Positions 9,417-17,445 of a stretch of DNA of 64,000 bases are shown here, in pieces. Within the stretch, counting starts at the first letter, position 1, and each line of letters begins with the position of its first letter. The notes under the pieces are model-generated. The model was not told the origin of the DNA, searched no databases, and saw only the letters and a program-made list of their open reading frames with translations. Origin of the DNA: Candidatus Limnocylindrales bacterium (lineage in GTDB: Bacteria; Chloroflexota; Limnocylindria; Limnocylindrales; CSP1-4); the NCBI GenBank assembly GCA_049967415.1, contig JBMFSS010000007.1:6629-70628 (forward strand), in the 5' to 3' direction. The translations under genes were made by a program, and so were the position numbers.

Positions 9417-9488
9417 GGCCGCACGATAGCACGGCCTGCCGGGGGGCAGAGGTTGCCCTGAGCGTAGACTGCGGGGTGGGAGGTCCGC

Positions 9489-9824
9489 ATGGGCGCGCCG
9501 GGAGAACTGGGTACCAGGATCGAGCTGGCGGCCTCGTCAATCGAGGGGGTCGAGCGCCGGGCCGAGGTCGGTGGCTTCCGCTACGCGCTGGCTGGTGTCG
9601 ACTTCGCTCTGGTATCCGGCGCCCGTTGCGCGTTTCGGCTCCGGCCCGAGCTGGCCGAGGCGGCACTGGGCACGCCCGACGTCCGGCCGAGCGCCGTCGG
9701 CGAGGGGTGGGTCGAGCTGGCGCCTGCCGAATTCGACCGGTTTGCCCTGGACCGGGCCACGAGCTGGTTCGCGGCTGCCGCTCGTTATGCGGCGGAGACC
9801 GGGCCGGGGCGCAGGCTCCACTGA
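9489..9824 (+). CDS. small conserved protein, TfoX/Sxy N-terminal-domain-like
   Basis: 111-aa ORF ...FRYALAGVDFALVSGARCAFRLRPELAEAALGTPDVRPSAVGEGWVELAP... matches the TfoX-N pattern (FGGxaf..nG.mf..v.d..l.lR...e....al....rp....G..mkGWv.v). Assignment is from memory of the family pattern. Confidence 0.4.
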   Translation: MGAPGELGTRIELAASSIEGVERRAEVGGFRYALAGVDFALVSGARCAFRLRPELAEAALGTPDVRPSAVGEGWVELAPAEFDRFALDRATSWFAAAARYAAETGPGRRLH

Positions 9825-9827
9825 ATG

Positions 9828-11087
9828 TCATGAAGACGGGCCTCGCTGGTGGCAACGTTGGGTTGTCAAAGCAACCAGCACCAGGAGGCCCACGTGATGT
9901 TGTACGCCGGATTGGACCTGTCGCGCCAGAGGGTGGATGTGCACGTGCTCGATGCGTCGGGTCGGACCGTGGAGGTGACCGCCGTGCACCCCGATACCGA
10001 CGGCCTTCGGTCATTGGTCGATCGGATCGGTCGATACGGTGAGCCGGTGGAGGCGGCCATCGAGTCGATGAACGGCGCGCGCTTCGTGCACGACCAGCTC
10101 GAGTTCGCCGGCTGGGATGTGGCGATCGCCGATGCCCTGCGGGCCAAGGGCTTGGCGCCATTGGTGGCCAAGACGGACAAGATCGATGCCTGGGTGCTCG
10201 CCGAGCTTGCTCGCCGGGAGCTGGTGCCCGCCATCTGGCTGCCCGACCCCGAGGTGCGCGCGGAACGGGAGCGGGCCCGCTTCCGGCTGCACCTGGTGCG
10301 CCACCGGACCGCCCTGAAGAACCGGACCCACGCGATCCTCATCGCCTTCGGCTACCCGGTCCCGGTGTCCGATCTCTTCGGGACCGCCGGACGCGAACTG
10401 CTCGGTCGGCTCGCGATCCCCGAGCCCTGGGCCACCACCCTCGCCACGGGCCTGCGCTTCGTCGACGAGCTGGACGCCGAGATCGATCGCTGCGAGGCCG
10501 AGCTGCGGCGCATGGGGGCCGACCACCCCTACGTCCCCTTGCTCATGACGGTCCCCGGGGTTGCCTGGGTGCTGGGCTACACCATCGCCGCCGAGATCGG
10601 CGACATCGGGCGCTTCGCCTCACCCAAGAAGCTCACCGGGTACAGCGGCCTCTGCCCGATCGTGCGCCAGTCGGGCGGCCGCGATGACCGGGGACCCCTC
10701 GCCAAGAACGGCCCCAAGTACCTGCGCTGGGCGTTGATCGAGGCCGCCACCCACGCCGCTCGCCATCCCGCCTACCGGGACCACTACGAGCGCACCGCCC
10801 GCCGCCTCGGTCGCCAGCGCGGCTCCAAGGTCGCCCGGGTCGAGCTTGCCCGCGAGCTCGCCGGCGCGATCTGGCACATGCTCACCAAGAACGAACCGTT
10901 CCGTTCCGGCAGGCCCCCCGTGGGCCCTCTGGTCGCGTGACGACCCTGTACTGAGATGGGCCGCCGGAGCATCCGATCCAACCTGATCCTCCCTCAAGGA
11001 GGCGATAAAGAGATGAGCGCAGCTCCACCCAACGCAGCGATGCGCAACCAGAGTCGTCAGCACTTGACGGCCGGCCCGTCTTCATAA
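9828..11087 (+). mobile_element. IS110-family insertion sequence (about 1.26 kb) with 15-bp sub-terminal inverted repeats
   Basis: Left end TCATGAAGACGGGCC (9828-9842) and right end GGCCCGTCTTCATAA (11073-11087) are reverse complements with one mismatch. They bracket a single IS110-type transposase gene. The right end shows a local GC drop (ataaagag). Confidence 0.7.
9896..10940 (+). CDS. IS110 family transposase
   Basis: AGGAGG ribosome-binding site then ATG. MLYAGLDLSRQRVDVHVLD (DEDD N-terminal domain) ... KTDKIDAWVLAELAR ... C-terminal LMTVPGVAWVLGYTIAAEIGDIGRF...KLTGYSGLCPIVRQSGG (IS116/IS110/IS902-family C-terminal domain). Confidence 0.9.
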
Positions 11088-11163
11088 AGAGGGCGCGCCG
11101 CAGGCAGTGCCGGGGCACCGGAGCGGGCACCGGCGCCCCGCCGGGCGCGGCAGGGGAGGAAGC

Positions 11164-11655
11164 ATGTACGTTGATGCGCTCTCGTTCCTGGAAGACGAAC
11201 GCGAAGCGTGGGCTCCGTTCGAGGCGCTTGGCGCGCTCTCCGACGCGGACCTGGAGCGCACCACGGCCGAAGACGGACCGGCGCATGGCTGGACCGGTCG
11301 CGACCTGGTGGCGCACCTCGTCGCCTGGCAGGAGCTGGCGCAGCAGTCCGCACGTGAGCTCGCGCTCGGGGACTCCAGCCCCACGATTGAGCGGATCGAG
11401 GCCGAACGGGCGTCCGGTGGCGATGATGTGCGGAGCGCGGCCATCCAGGCTGAGTGGCGGAGCCTGCCCCTGGACGAGGTACGGCACCGGCTGGCCACGG
11501 TGGCCGGCGAACTGCGCGGGTACCTGACGGTGGTGCCGGAGACGCGCTGGGTGAAGAACCCGAAGCGTCTCGCGTTCTTCCTCGAGTGCACGCTGGACCA
11601 TTACCCCGAGCACCAGCCGGAGCTGGAGGCGATCCTGGCGGCCGCCCGCGGCTGA
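11164..11655 (+). CDS. DinB/ClbS-like four-helix-bundle family protein
   Basis: GGGGAGGA ribosome-binding site then ATG. MYVDALSFLEDEREAWAPFEAL...GWTGRDLVAHLVAWQE... C-terminal DHYPEHQPELEAIL is typical of the DinB/DUF1706 (ClbS/DfsB) bundle. Confidence 0.55.
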   Translation: MYVDALSFLEDEREAWAPFEALGALSDADLERTTAEDGPAHGWTGRDLVAHLVAWQELAQQSARELALGDSSPTIERIEAERASGGDDVRSAAIQAEWRSLPLDEVRHRLATVAGELRGYLTVVPETRWVKNPKRLAFFLECTLDHYPEHQPELEAILAAARG

Positions 11656-11671
11656 AACAGGGTTCGCGGAG

Positions 11672-11719
11672 CGAATCGAAACGGCCCGGCTCTGCGGGGA
11701 GCCGGGCCGTTTCGATTCG
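11672..11719. terminator. bidirectional hairpin terminator (21-bp perfect stem, 6-nt loop) between convergent genes
   Basis: CGAATCGAAACGGCCCGGCTC-tgcggg-GAGCCGGGCCGTTTCGATTCG. It sits between the stop of the DinB-like gene (11655) and the stop of trxA (11730). Confidence 0.6.
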
Positions 11720-11729
11720 GGGGCGAGGA

Positions 11730-12077
11730 TCAGGAAGGCTGGGGGACCGGCGCGTACTTCGCGAGTCCGAACGCCTGCTCCAGCTGATCAGCGGGCCGGA
11801 AGCCCACCACGCCCACCGGGGTCTCGCCGGGGCGGAAGAACGCGATGGTGGGGATGCTCATGATCCCGAACGTCTGGGACACCATGGGGTTGGCATCCAC
11901 GTCGAGCTTGACGAAGTCGACGGCGTCCCCGTACTTGGCGGCCAGCTTCTCGATCTCCGGGGCGACCAGCTTGCAGGGGCCGCACCACGCCGCCCAGAAG
12001 TCGACGAGGACCGGCTTGTCGTTGTTCAGCACGGCCTGCTCGAAGTCGGCGTCCGTGACGTGCTTGATGTTGGACAT
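11730..12077 (-). CDS. trxA: thioredoxin
   Basis: MSNIKHVTDADFEQAVLNNDKPVLVDFWAAWCGPCKLVAPEIEKLAAKYGDAVDFVKLDVDANPMVSQTFGIMSIPTIAFF: WCGPC active site. AAAGGA ribosome-binding site upstream of the ATG at 12077. Confidence 0.95.
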   Translation of the reverse strand: MSNIKHVTDADFEQAVLNNDKPVLVDFWAAWCGPCKLVAPEIEKLAAKYGDAVDFVKLDVDANPMVSQTFGIMSIPTIAFFRPGETPVGVVGFRPADQLEQAFGLAKYAPVPQPS

Positions 12078-12151
12078 GACCTGGATGGATCCTTTCCCCC
12101 CGCCGTGCGGGGCCTCCACGCCCGGCCTGCTCGGCCGGGGCCGTTGTGCCC

Positions 12152-12448
12152 TCAGCGGGCGAACGTCTGGATGAGCCGGTACGCGTCCAGGACCCGAGGG
12201 TCCGTGAGCCGGTAGTACACGGTGTTGCCCTGCCGCCGCGTGGACACCAGGCCCGCGCCGCGCAGCACTGCGAGGTGCTGGCTCATGTTCGGCACCTGAC
12301 ACCCGATCTCGTGTGAGAGCTCCGAGACCGAACGTTCGCCAGCTGCCAGCACCTCGAGGACACACAGCCGCTTCGCGTCGGCAAGGGCCCGCATGACCGC
12401 GGTATACCGCTGCAGGTCCTGGTCAGCCGATAGCGTCAGCGTGTTCAT
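12152..12448 (-). CDS. ArsR/SmtB family metalloregulatory transcriptional repressor
   Basis: MNTLTLSADQDLQRYTAVMRALADAKRLCVLEVLAAGERSVSELSHEIGCQVPNMSQHLAVLRGAGLV: winged helix-turn-helix of the ArsR family. Start chosen at the ATG at 12448 rather than the 36-aa low-complexity extension. Confidence 0.8.
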   Translation of the reverse strand: MNTLTLSADQDLQRYTAVMRALADAKRLCVLEVLAAGERSVSELSHEIGCQVPNMSQHLAVLRGAGLVSTRRQGNTVYYRLTDPRVLDAYRLIQTFAR

Positions 12449-12466
12449 CTCCGCTAGGATGTCACA

Positions 12467-12486
12467 ACTTGCGCAAATGCGCAAGT
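12467..12486. promoter_or_regulatory. putative ArsR-type operator: 8-bp perfect inverted repeat ACTTGCGC-aaat-GCGCAAGT
   Basis: Seen directly at 19-38 bp upstream of the arsR-like start codon, in a local low-GC promoter patch. Confidence 0.45.
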
Positions 12487-12524
12487 ACCAACCGGGACGG
12501 CGGCGCGTCCGGCCGAAGGACGCC

Positions 12525-13400
12525 CTAGTCGAGGGCCGCCGCCCGGCCCGGCGCAATGATCAGGCGCCCTGCTCGGTTCCGCCCGGTGAGCCACGGTCCG
12601 AGCACAAAGCGACCGGCCAGGTAGCAGGCAAAGCTCAAGGATGTCACGAAGACACTCACCGGCACGTTGGTCAGCAGCGAAAGCAGGATGCCCCCGAGCA
12701 CGGAGAAGAGGGCGATTCCCACGCTCCACGCAGTGGCGCGCCCGGGTGCTGCAGCCAGTTGCTCGGCCGTGGCACCGGGCGTGATCAGGAGGGCCAGGAT
12801 GAGGAGGACGCCCACCACCTGGACCGCCTCTGCGACTGCGGCCGCCATGATCACCAGGAAGACCACCGCAAGTGCCCCCACCGGGACCCCGCGCGCTTCG
12901 GCCACTTCCGGGTCGACCGTGGCGAACGTGAGCGGTCGGTAGACCAGCGCCAGTGCGACCAGCGTCACGATGCCCATCGCGATCAGGAGCACCACGTCCC
13001 CGGCGCTCACTCCGGTGATGGTGCCGAACAGGATCGCGAATGCCTGCGTCCCGAAGCCCGAGTAGAGCGAGAGGAACAGGACCCCCAAGCCGAGGCCGAA
13101 CGCCATCACGACGCCCACCACGGAGTCGCGCTCCCGCACCCGAACCCCCAGGGCGCCGATGAAGAGGGCCGTGACTAGGGTTGCGGTGAGCAGCCCAAGT
13201 ACCGGGGAGACGCCCACCAGGAGCGCCCCGGCCGACCCGGTGAAGCCCAGCTCGGCGAGGGCGTGCACGGCAAAGGCCATGTTCCGCGCCACCACGAAGC
13301 GGCTCACGATGCCGGAGACGATGGCGATCACCGCGCCTGCCTCGATGGCATGCTGGACAAAGCTGTAACCCAGCAGGTGCAGCACCTGGTCGAACATCAC
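12525..13400 (-). CDS. znuB: metal (Zn/Mn) ABC transporter permease
   Basis: 291-aa protein with 8-9 TM helices, ABC-3 family (TroC/ZnuB-like), in an operon with an ATPase and a substrate-binding protein. Confidence 0.85.
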   Translation of the reverse strand: MMFDQVLHLLGYSFVQHAIEAGAVIAIVSGIVSRFVVARNMAFAVHALAELGFTGSAGALLVGVSPVLGLLTATLVTALFIGALGVRVRERDSVVGVVMAFGLGLGVLFLSLYSGFGTQAFAILFGTITGVSAGDVVLLIAMGIVTLVALALVYRPLTFATVDPEVAEARGVPVGALAVVFLVIMAAAVAEAVQVVGVLLILALLITPGATAEQLAAAPGRATAWSVGIALFSVLGGILLSLLTNVPVSVFVTSLSFACYLAGRFVLGPWLTGRNRAGRLIIAPGRAAALD

Positions 13401-14242
13401 CGCTCCTTCGTCTTGTCAGGCGCGACGTACTCGGCGATCGGCAGGTGGTGCGGGTCCTCCATCTCGAACCCCGAGTCCAGCGTCTCGCCGACCACCAGGA
13501 TCCGTCCGCGTACCCGGACCACGTCCACCTGGGACCCATAGAGATCCGACAGCCGTTCGGAGGAGAGCACCTCGTCCGGCGTGCCGGCCGCCCAGCGCCC
13601 GTTGACCACGAAGAGCACCCGGTCGACAAATGGGAGGACCGGGTTGATGTCGTGGGTCACGAAGAGGACGGTTCGCTGGGTCTGCCGATGCCAGCCGCCG
13701 ATCAGTTCCGTGATCTCGCGCTGGTGGTGCGGATCCAGGTGGGCCAGCGGCTCGTCGCACAGCAGGAGCTGCGGGTCCCCGACCAGGGCCTGGGCGATGC
13801 GCAGGCGCTGCTGCTCGCCGCCCGACAGCCGCCCGATGGGGGCGTCGGCGTAGGCGCCCGACCCGACCGATGCGATTGCCTCTGCCACGCGCCTCCGGTG
13901 CTCGCCACCCGGGCGGCCGATCCCCCAGCGGTGGCCGTCGATTCCCAGCCCCACCAGGTCGCGGCCGCGGAGTGGCAGATCGCGCTCGAAGAGCTGCCCC
14001 TGCGGGACGTAGCCGATTCCGGGGTTGCCCCGCCGCGGTGGTCCGCCCAGGACTTCCACCGAGCCCGAAGTGAGCGGGCTCAGGCCCAGCACCACTCGCA
14101 GAAGCGAAGTCTTGCCCGATCCGTTCGGGCCAAGGATGGCCACGAAGTTTCCCGAGGCGCACGCGAGGGACAGGTCACGCCAGACCTCGCGGCCGTGGAA
14201 GGAGAGGGTGGCGTGCTCGAAACGGAGAATGGGTTCCGCCAT
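13397..14242 (-). CDS. znuC: metal ABC transporter ATP-binding protein
   Basis: Walker A GPNGSGKTSL, ABC signature LSGGEQQR, Walker B LLLCDEP. 4-bp overlap with znuB. Confidence 0.9.
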   Translation of the reverse strand: MAEPILRFEHATLSFHGREVWRDLSLACASGNFVAILGPNGSGKTSLLRVVLGLSPLTSGSVEVLGGPPRRGNPGIGYVPQGQLFERDLPLRGRDLVGLGIDGHRWGIGRPGGEHRRRVAEAIASVGSGAYADAPIGRLSGGEQQRLRIAQALVGDPQLLLCDEPLAHLDPHHQREITELIGGWHRQTQRTVLFVTHDINPVLPFVDRVLFVVNGRWAAGTPDEVLSSERLSDLYGSQVDVVRVRGRILVVGETLDSGFEMEDPHHLPIAEYVAPDKTKER

Positions 14243-14246
14243 CAGC

Positions 14247-15251
14247 TCACGCTCCCTTGGCCAGGGCCTGGCCGAGCTGTTCCAGCTGGGCTAGTTGCCA
14301 CGCCTGGTAGGTCGTGTATTCGGGCGGCATCGTTTCCGCTACGCCCACCACGGGGACCCCGTTGGACACCGCGAGGTCGTGCATCTGCTGGGTGATGGGC
14401 GTGATGACCTGGCTGTTGTAGAGCAGGACGCGCACCTTCTTCCCGGTCAGCAGGTCGCGCTCTGCCGCCACGTCGGCCGGCGATGGGTCGGTCCCGTTCT
14501 CGATCGCTCGCTGGAAGCCCTCGGGGGTGAGCACCCGGAGGCCGATTGCCTCGGCCAGGTAGCCCGCCACGGGCTCGGTGAACGCAACCGGCGCACCCGC
14601 GTACTTGGCTTTGAGTGCGGCGATCTGCGCGTTGATGGGCGCCAGGGAGGCCACGTACGCCTGCTCGCGGGCAGCGAAATAGGCGCTGTTCGCTGGCTCG
14701 AGTTTGGCCAGCGCCGCTTCGGCCGCCGCCGCCACCTTGGGCATGGTGCCCGGGTCATACCAGACATGGGCGTTGGCCGTGTCGGGCAGCCCGAGGAGCT
14801 GCTGCACATCAATGACCACGCGGGTGGAGCTCGGAGAGGCGCTCAGCAGGTGCTGCATGAAGTCGTCGTAGCCCAGGCCGTTGATCACGACGAGCTGGGC
14901 GTCCGCGACGACCGCGGCGGCCTGCGTGCTTGCCTCGTAGGCGTGGGGGTCCGCGTTGGGATTGTTGAGCAGGCTGGTGGCGGTCACCCGAGCGCCTCCC
15001 ACCTGCGCGAGCAGGTCAGCGTAGAAGTTCTCGGTGCCCAGCACCGGGATCGGCGGGCCGGCGTTGACCGGGCTCGGAAAGACCGCGCTGGACCCGGGGA
15101 TCACGGCCGCCGCGGCCGACGTGGCACCGGGCGTTGCGGCGGTGCCGCTGCACCCGGAGGCCAGGAGGGCAGACGCGAGCAGCCAGGGGGCCAGCCGTTT
15201 CAGGCTGATGGTCGGGCGGGATGGAGCAGGGGGGGTTGCTGGTTCTGACAC
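14247..15251 (-). CDS. znuA: metal ABC transporter substrate-binding lipoprotein (ZnuA/TroA family)
   Basis: GTG start at 15251 preceded by AAGGAGAG. Lipobox LLASGCSG. TroA-like fold motifs (PHAYEAS, HVWYDP). The 516-aa ORF in the track is an upstream frame extension. Confidence 0.8.
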   Translation of the reverse strand: MSEPATPPAPSRPTISLKRLAPWLLASALLASGCSGTAATPGATSAAAAVIPGSSAVFPSPVNAGPPIPVLGTENFYADLLAQVGGARVTATSLLNNPNADPHAYEASTQAAAVVADAQLVVINGLGYDDFMQHLLSASPSSTRVVIDVQQLLGLPDTANAHVWYDPGTMPKVAAAAEAALAKLEPANSAYFAAREQAYVASLAPINAQIAALKAKYAGAPVAFTEPVAGYLAEAIGLRVLTPEGFQRAIENGTDPSPADVAAERDLLTGKKVRVLLYNSQVITPITQQMHDLAVSNGVPVVGVAETMPPEYTTYQAWQLAQLEQLGQALAKGA

Positions 15252-15748
15252 GGTCTCTCCTTGGGATGGTTCGGTCCGTGCGGCGCGTCGGGCAGCGCCG
15301 AGGTTGCTGCCGGGGCGGAAGCAGCCTCGGCCCTGCAGGCAGGGCACAGACCGAAGATCTCGATGCGGTGAAAATCGACGAGGTAACCGGTGCGTGCCTC
15401 GAGATCGCGCGCCACCGGGTCGAAGCCCAGGTCGCCCACCTCGACGGTACGGCCGCAGCGCTCGCAGACCAGGTGGTGGTGATGCACCGGCTTGCAGGCC
15501 ACGTACGCATGTTCGCCGCTCGGCAAGTGCAGGCTCTCGACAAGGCCCAGCGACTCGAGCAGCTCCAGGGTGCGGAAGACAGTTGCCCGGCCCACGTCCC
15601 GGCGGCTGTGTTGCGCGTCGAGGATCAGGTCGTGGGCCGAGAAGCGCCCGTCCCGGGCGGCTACCAGCTCTGCCACCGCGCGGCGCGGCGAGGTGATGTG
15701 GTACCCGGCGTGTTCGAGCGCCCGGATGAATCGGGCCGGATCGTCCAT
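15200..15748 (-). CDS. zur: Fur family transcriptional regulator (likely Zur)
   Basis: MDDPARFIRALEHAGYHITSPRRAVAELVAARDGRFSAHDLIL...HHHHLVCERCGRTVEV...FGLCPACR: Fur fold with both CxxC pairs. It heads the znu operon. The annotated 3' end overlaps znuA by about 50 nt, so one of the two boundaries is uncertain. Confidence 0.8.
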   Translation of the reverse strand: MDDPARFIRALEHAGYHITSPRRAVAELVAARDGRFSAHDLILDAQHSRRDVGRATVFRTLELLESLGLVESLHLPSGEHAYVACKPVHHHHLVCERCGRTVEVGDLGFDPVARDLEARTGYLVDFHRIEIFGLCPACRAEAASAPAATSALPDAPHGPNHPKERPCQNQQPPLLHPARPSA

Positions 15749-16030
15749 GGCCGGGCATGATACTCGGTCTCAGTCTGGGGCGCAAGCCAGGGCGCAAGAG
15801 AGGCCGCCAGGCGCAGCATTCTGCCCCAGGCGCAAGACAGGCCGCCCCAGGCAGGACGGGCCGCCCCAGGAGGGCCCGCGAGACCGCCGGCCGATTCGGA
15901 TATCATCCCGATCAGCCGGGCTGTTCGAGCGGATGTGCCCCCGCGCGGACGGCGGATCGCCGGCGGGGATGGTCGGGCTGGCGCCGATCGGCCCCGCCAT
16001 GGAGGACGCCTGCTGGATGTCGGGAGCCTC

Positions 16031-17371
16031 ATGCCGCGCTCGGACCTGACCCGCCCGCGTTTCTGCCTCCGGGTGTGCATCGTCGCGGCCCTCCTGTGCG
16101 GGCCGTTGCTCGCCTCCAGCGTCGTGCGGCCGGCGGGGGTGCGCGCTGGCGATGCGCTGCAGGGAGCCCTGGCGGCGCAGCGCGCACTGCAGTCGGAGAT
16201 CAGCGCGCAGCGGCAGGAGGTGGCGCGTCTGCAGGAGGACGCGGCCCGGGTGAGCGCTCAGATCGCCGCGACCGAGCACGCGCTGACCGGGATCAACGTC
16301 GACCAGGCCAGCGTGCAGGTGCGTCTCGCGCGCGCGACCGCCAGCCTCGCGGCGGTGCGCGCCCGCTACCTCGCGCTGGTCGCCCAGATGCAAACCCTTG
16401 ACGCGCAGGTGACCAACCTGGGGTCCGACCTGGCGGCGGCGCAACAGCAGCTGGCCGGAACGCGGGAAGCTCTCGCCAGCGACATCGGGGAGGCGTACCT
16501 GGCGGCACAGACGCCGCTCTGGGTGCAGCTGGTGAGCGCGCACTCGCTGCTCGACGTCCTGGCGGACGTGGGCAACTTCCTCGCGGCCGGCAATGACGAG
16601 GCGGCGCTGGCGGGACAGATCGCGGCGCAGGGCGCGTCCATCGGCCAGCTGCTCGCCGCCACCGAAGCCTCCCGTACCGGGGTCGAGCAGGCCCGGCTGG
16701 CGGTGTCTGCCGAGCAGACCGCGCTGACGGGGCAGCAGCGGGCGCTCGCCGAGTCGCGACAACGGCTGGCGGCGCTGGCCGCGCAGGCCTCGGCCGAGCG
16801 AGCAGCGCAGGTCTCCGCAGCCGCGGCCCTTGGGCACGACAAGGCCAAGGCGACCACCGTGCTGTCAGAGGAAGAGGCCGCCCTGGGCAGGCTGCAGAAC
16901 CAGATCAGCGCCCTGCTCAGCACGGCCGCGGTCCCTTCCGCCTACAACGGTACCCTCGCGTGGCCCATGGAGGGTGCGGTCACCCAGGAGTTCGGGTGCA
17001 CCGGGTTCCCCCTGGAGGCGCCCCTGGGCAACTGCGCGCACTTTCACCTGGGGATCGACATCGCGGCCCCCATGGACACACCGGTCCGGGCGGCCGCGGC
17101 TGGCGTGGTGCTCTTCGAGGGGCCGAACCCGTACGATCCGCCGGGGGAGCGTGCCTGGATCGTGATCATCGCCCATTCGCAGCACCTGGCCACCTGGTAT
17201 GCGCACCTGGATGACGGTGCTCACGCTCCGCTGGTGGCCAAGGGCCAGGAAGTGCAGCAGGGCCAGATCATCGGTTACGAGGGGAACACGGGGATCAGCA
17301 CGGGACCCCACCTGCTCTGGATGGTGCAGCTGAACGGGCAGTTCGTGAACCCCCGGCTCTTTGTGCCGTGA
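16031..17371 (+). CDS. M23 family metallopeptidase with N-terminal coiled-coil (EnvC/murein-hydrolase-activator-like)
   Basis: Signal-anchor helix LRVCIVAALLCGPLLASSVV, long Ala/Gln-rich coiled coil, C-terminal LytM domain (HFHLGIDIAAP...GNTGISTGPHLLWMVQLNGQFVNP). Confidence 0.85.
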   Translation: MPRSDLTRPRFCLRVCIVAALLCGPLLASSVVRPAGVRAGDALQGALAAQRALQSEISAQRQEVARLQEDAARVSAQIAATEHALTGINVDQASVQVRLARATASLAAVRARYLALVAQMQTLDAQVTNLGSDLAAAQQQLAGTREALASDIGEAYLAAQTPLWVQLVSAHSLLDVLADVGNFLAAGNDEAALAGQIAAQGASIGQLLAATEASRTGVEQARLAVSAEQTALTGQQRALAESRQRLAALAAQASAERAAQVSAAAALGHDKAKATTVLSEEEAALGRLQNQISALLSTAAVPSAYNGTLAWPMEGAVTQEFGCTGFPLEAPLGNCAHFHLGIDIAAPMDTPVRAAAAGVVLFEGPNPYDPPGERAWIVIIAHSQHLATWYAHLDDGAHAPLVAKGQEVQQGQIIGYEGNTGISTGPHLLWMVQLNGQFVNPRLFVP

Positions 17372-17445
17372 AGGCACGGTGCGTGCAGATGCGTCACCCG
17401 GGGCGCCCGGTTGCGCCCCGGGCCGCCAGCCGCCAGACTTCGGGC

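Noticed and set aside
14247-15797. 516-aa ORF for the znuA region
   Set aside because: The 5' 180 codons are a different-frame read-through across the zur gene. A lipoprotein signal and ribosome-binding site support the GTG at 15251 as the znuA start.
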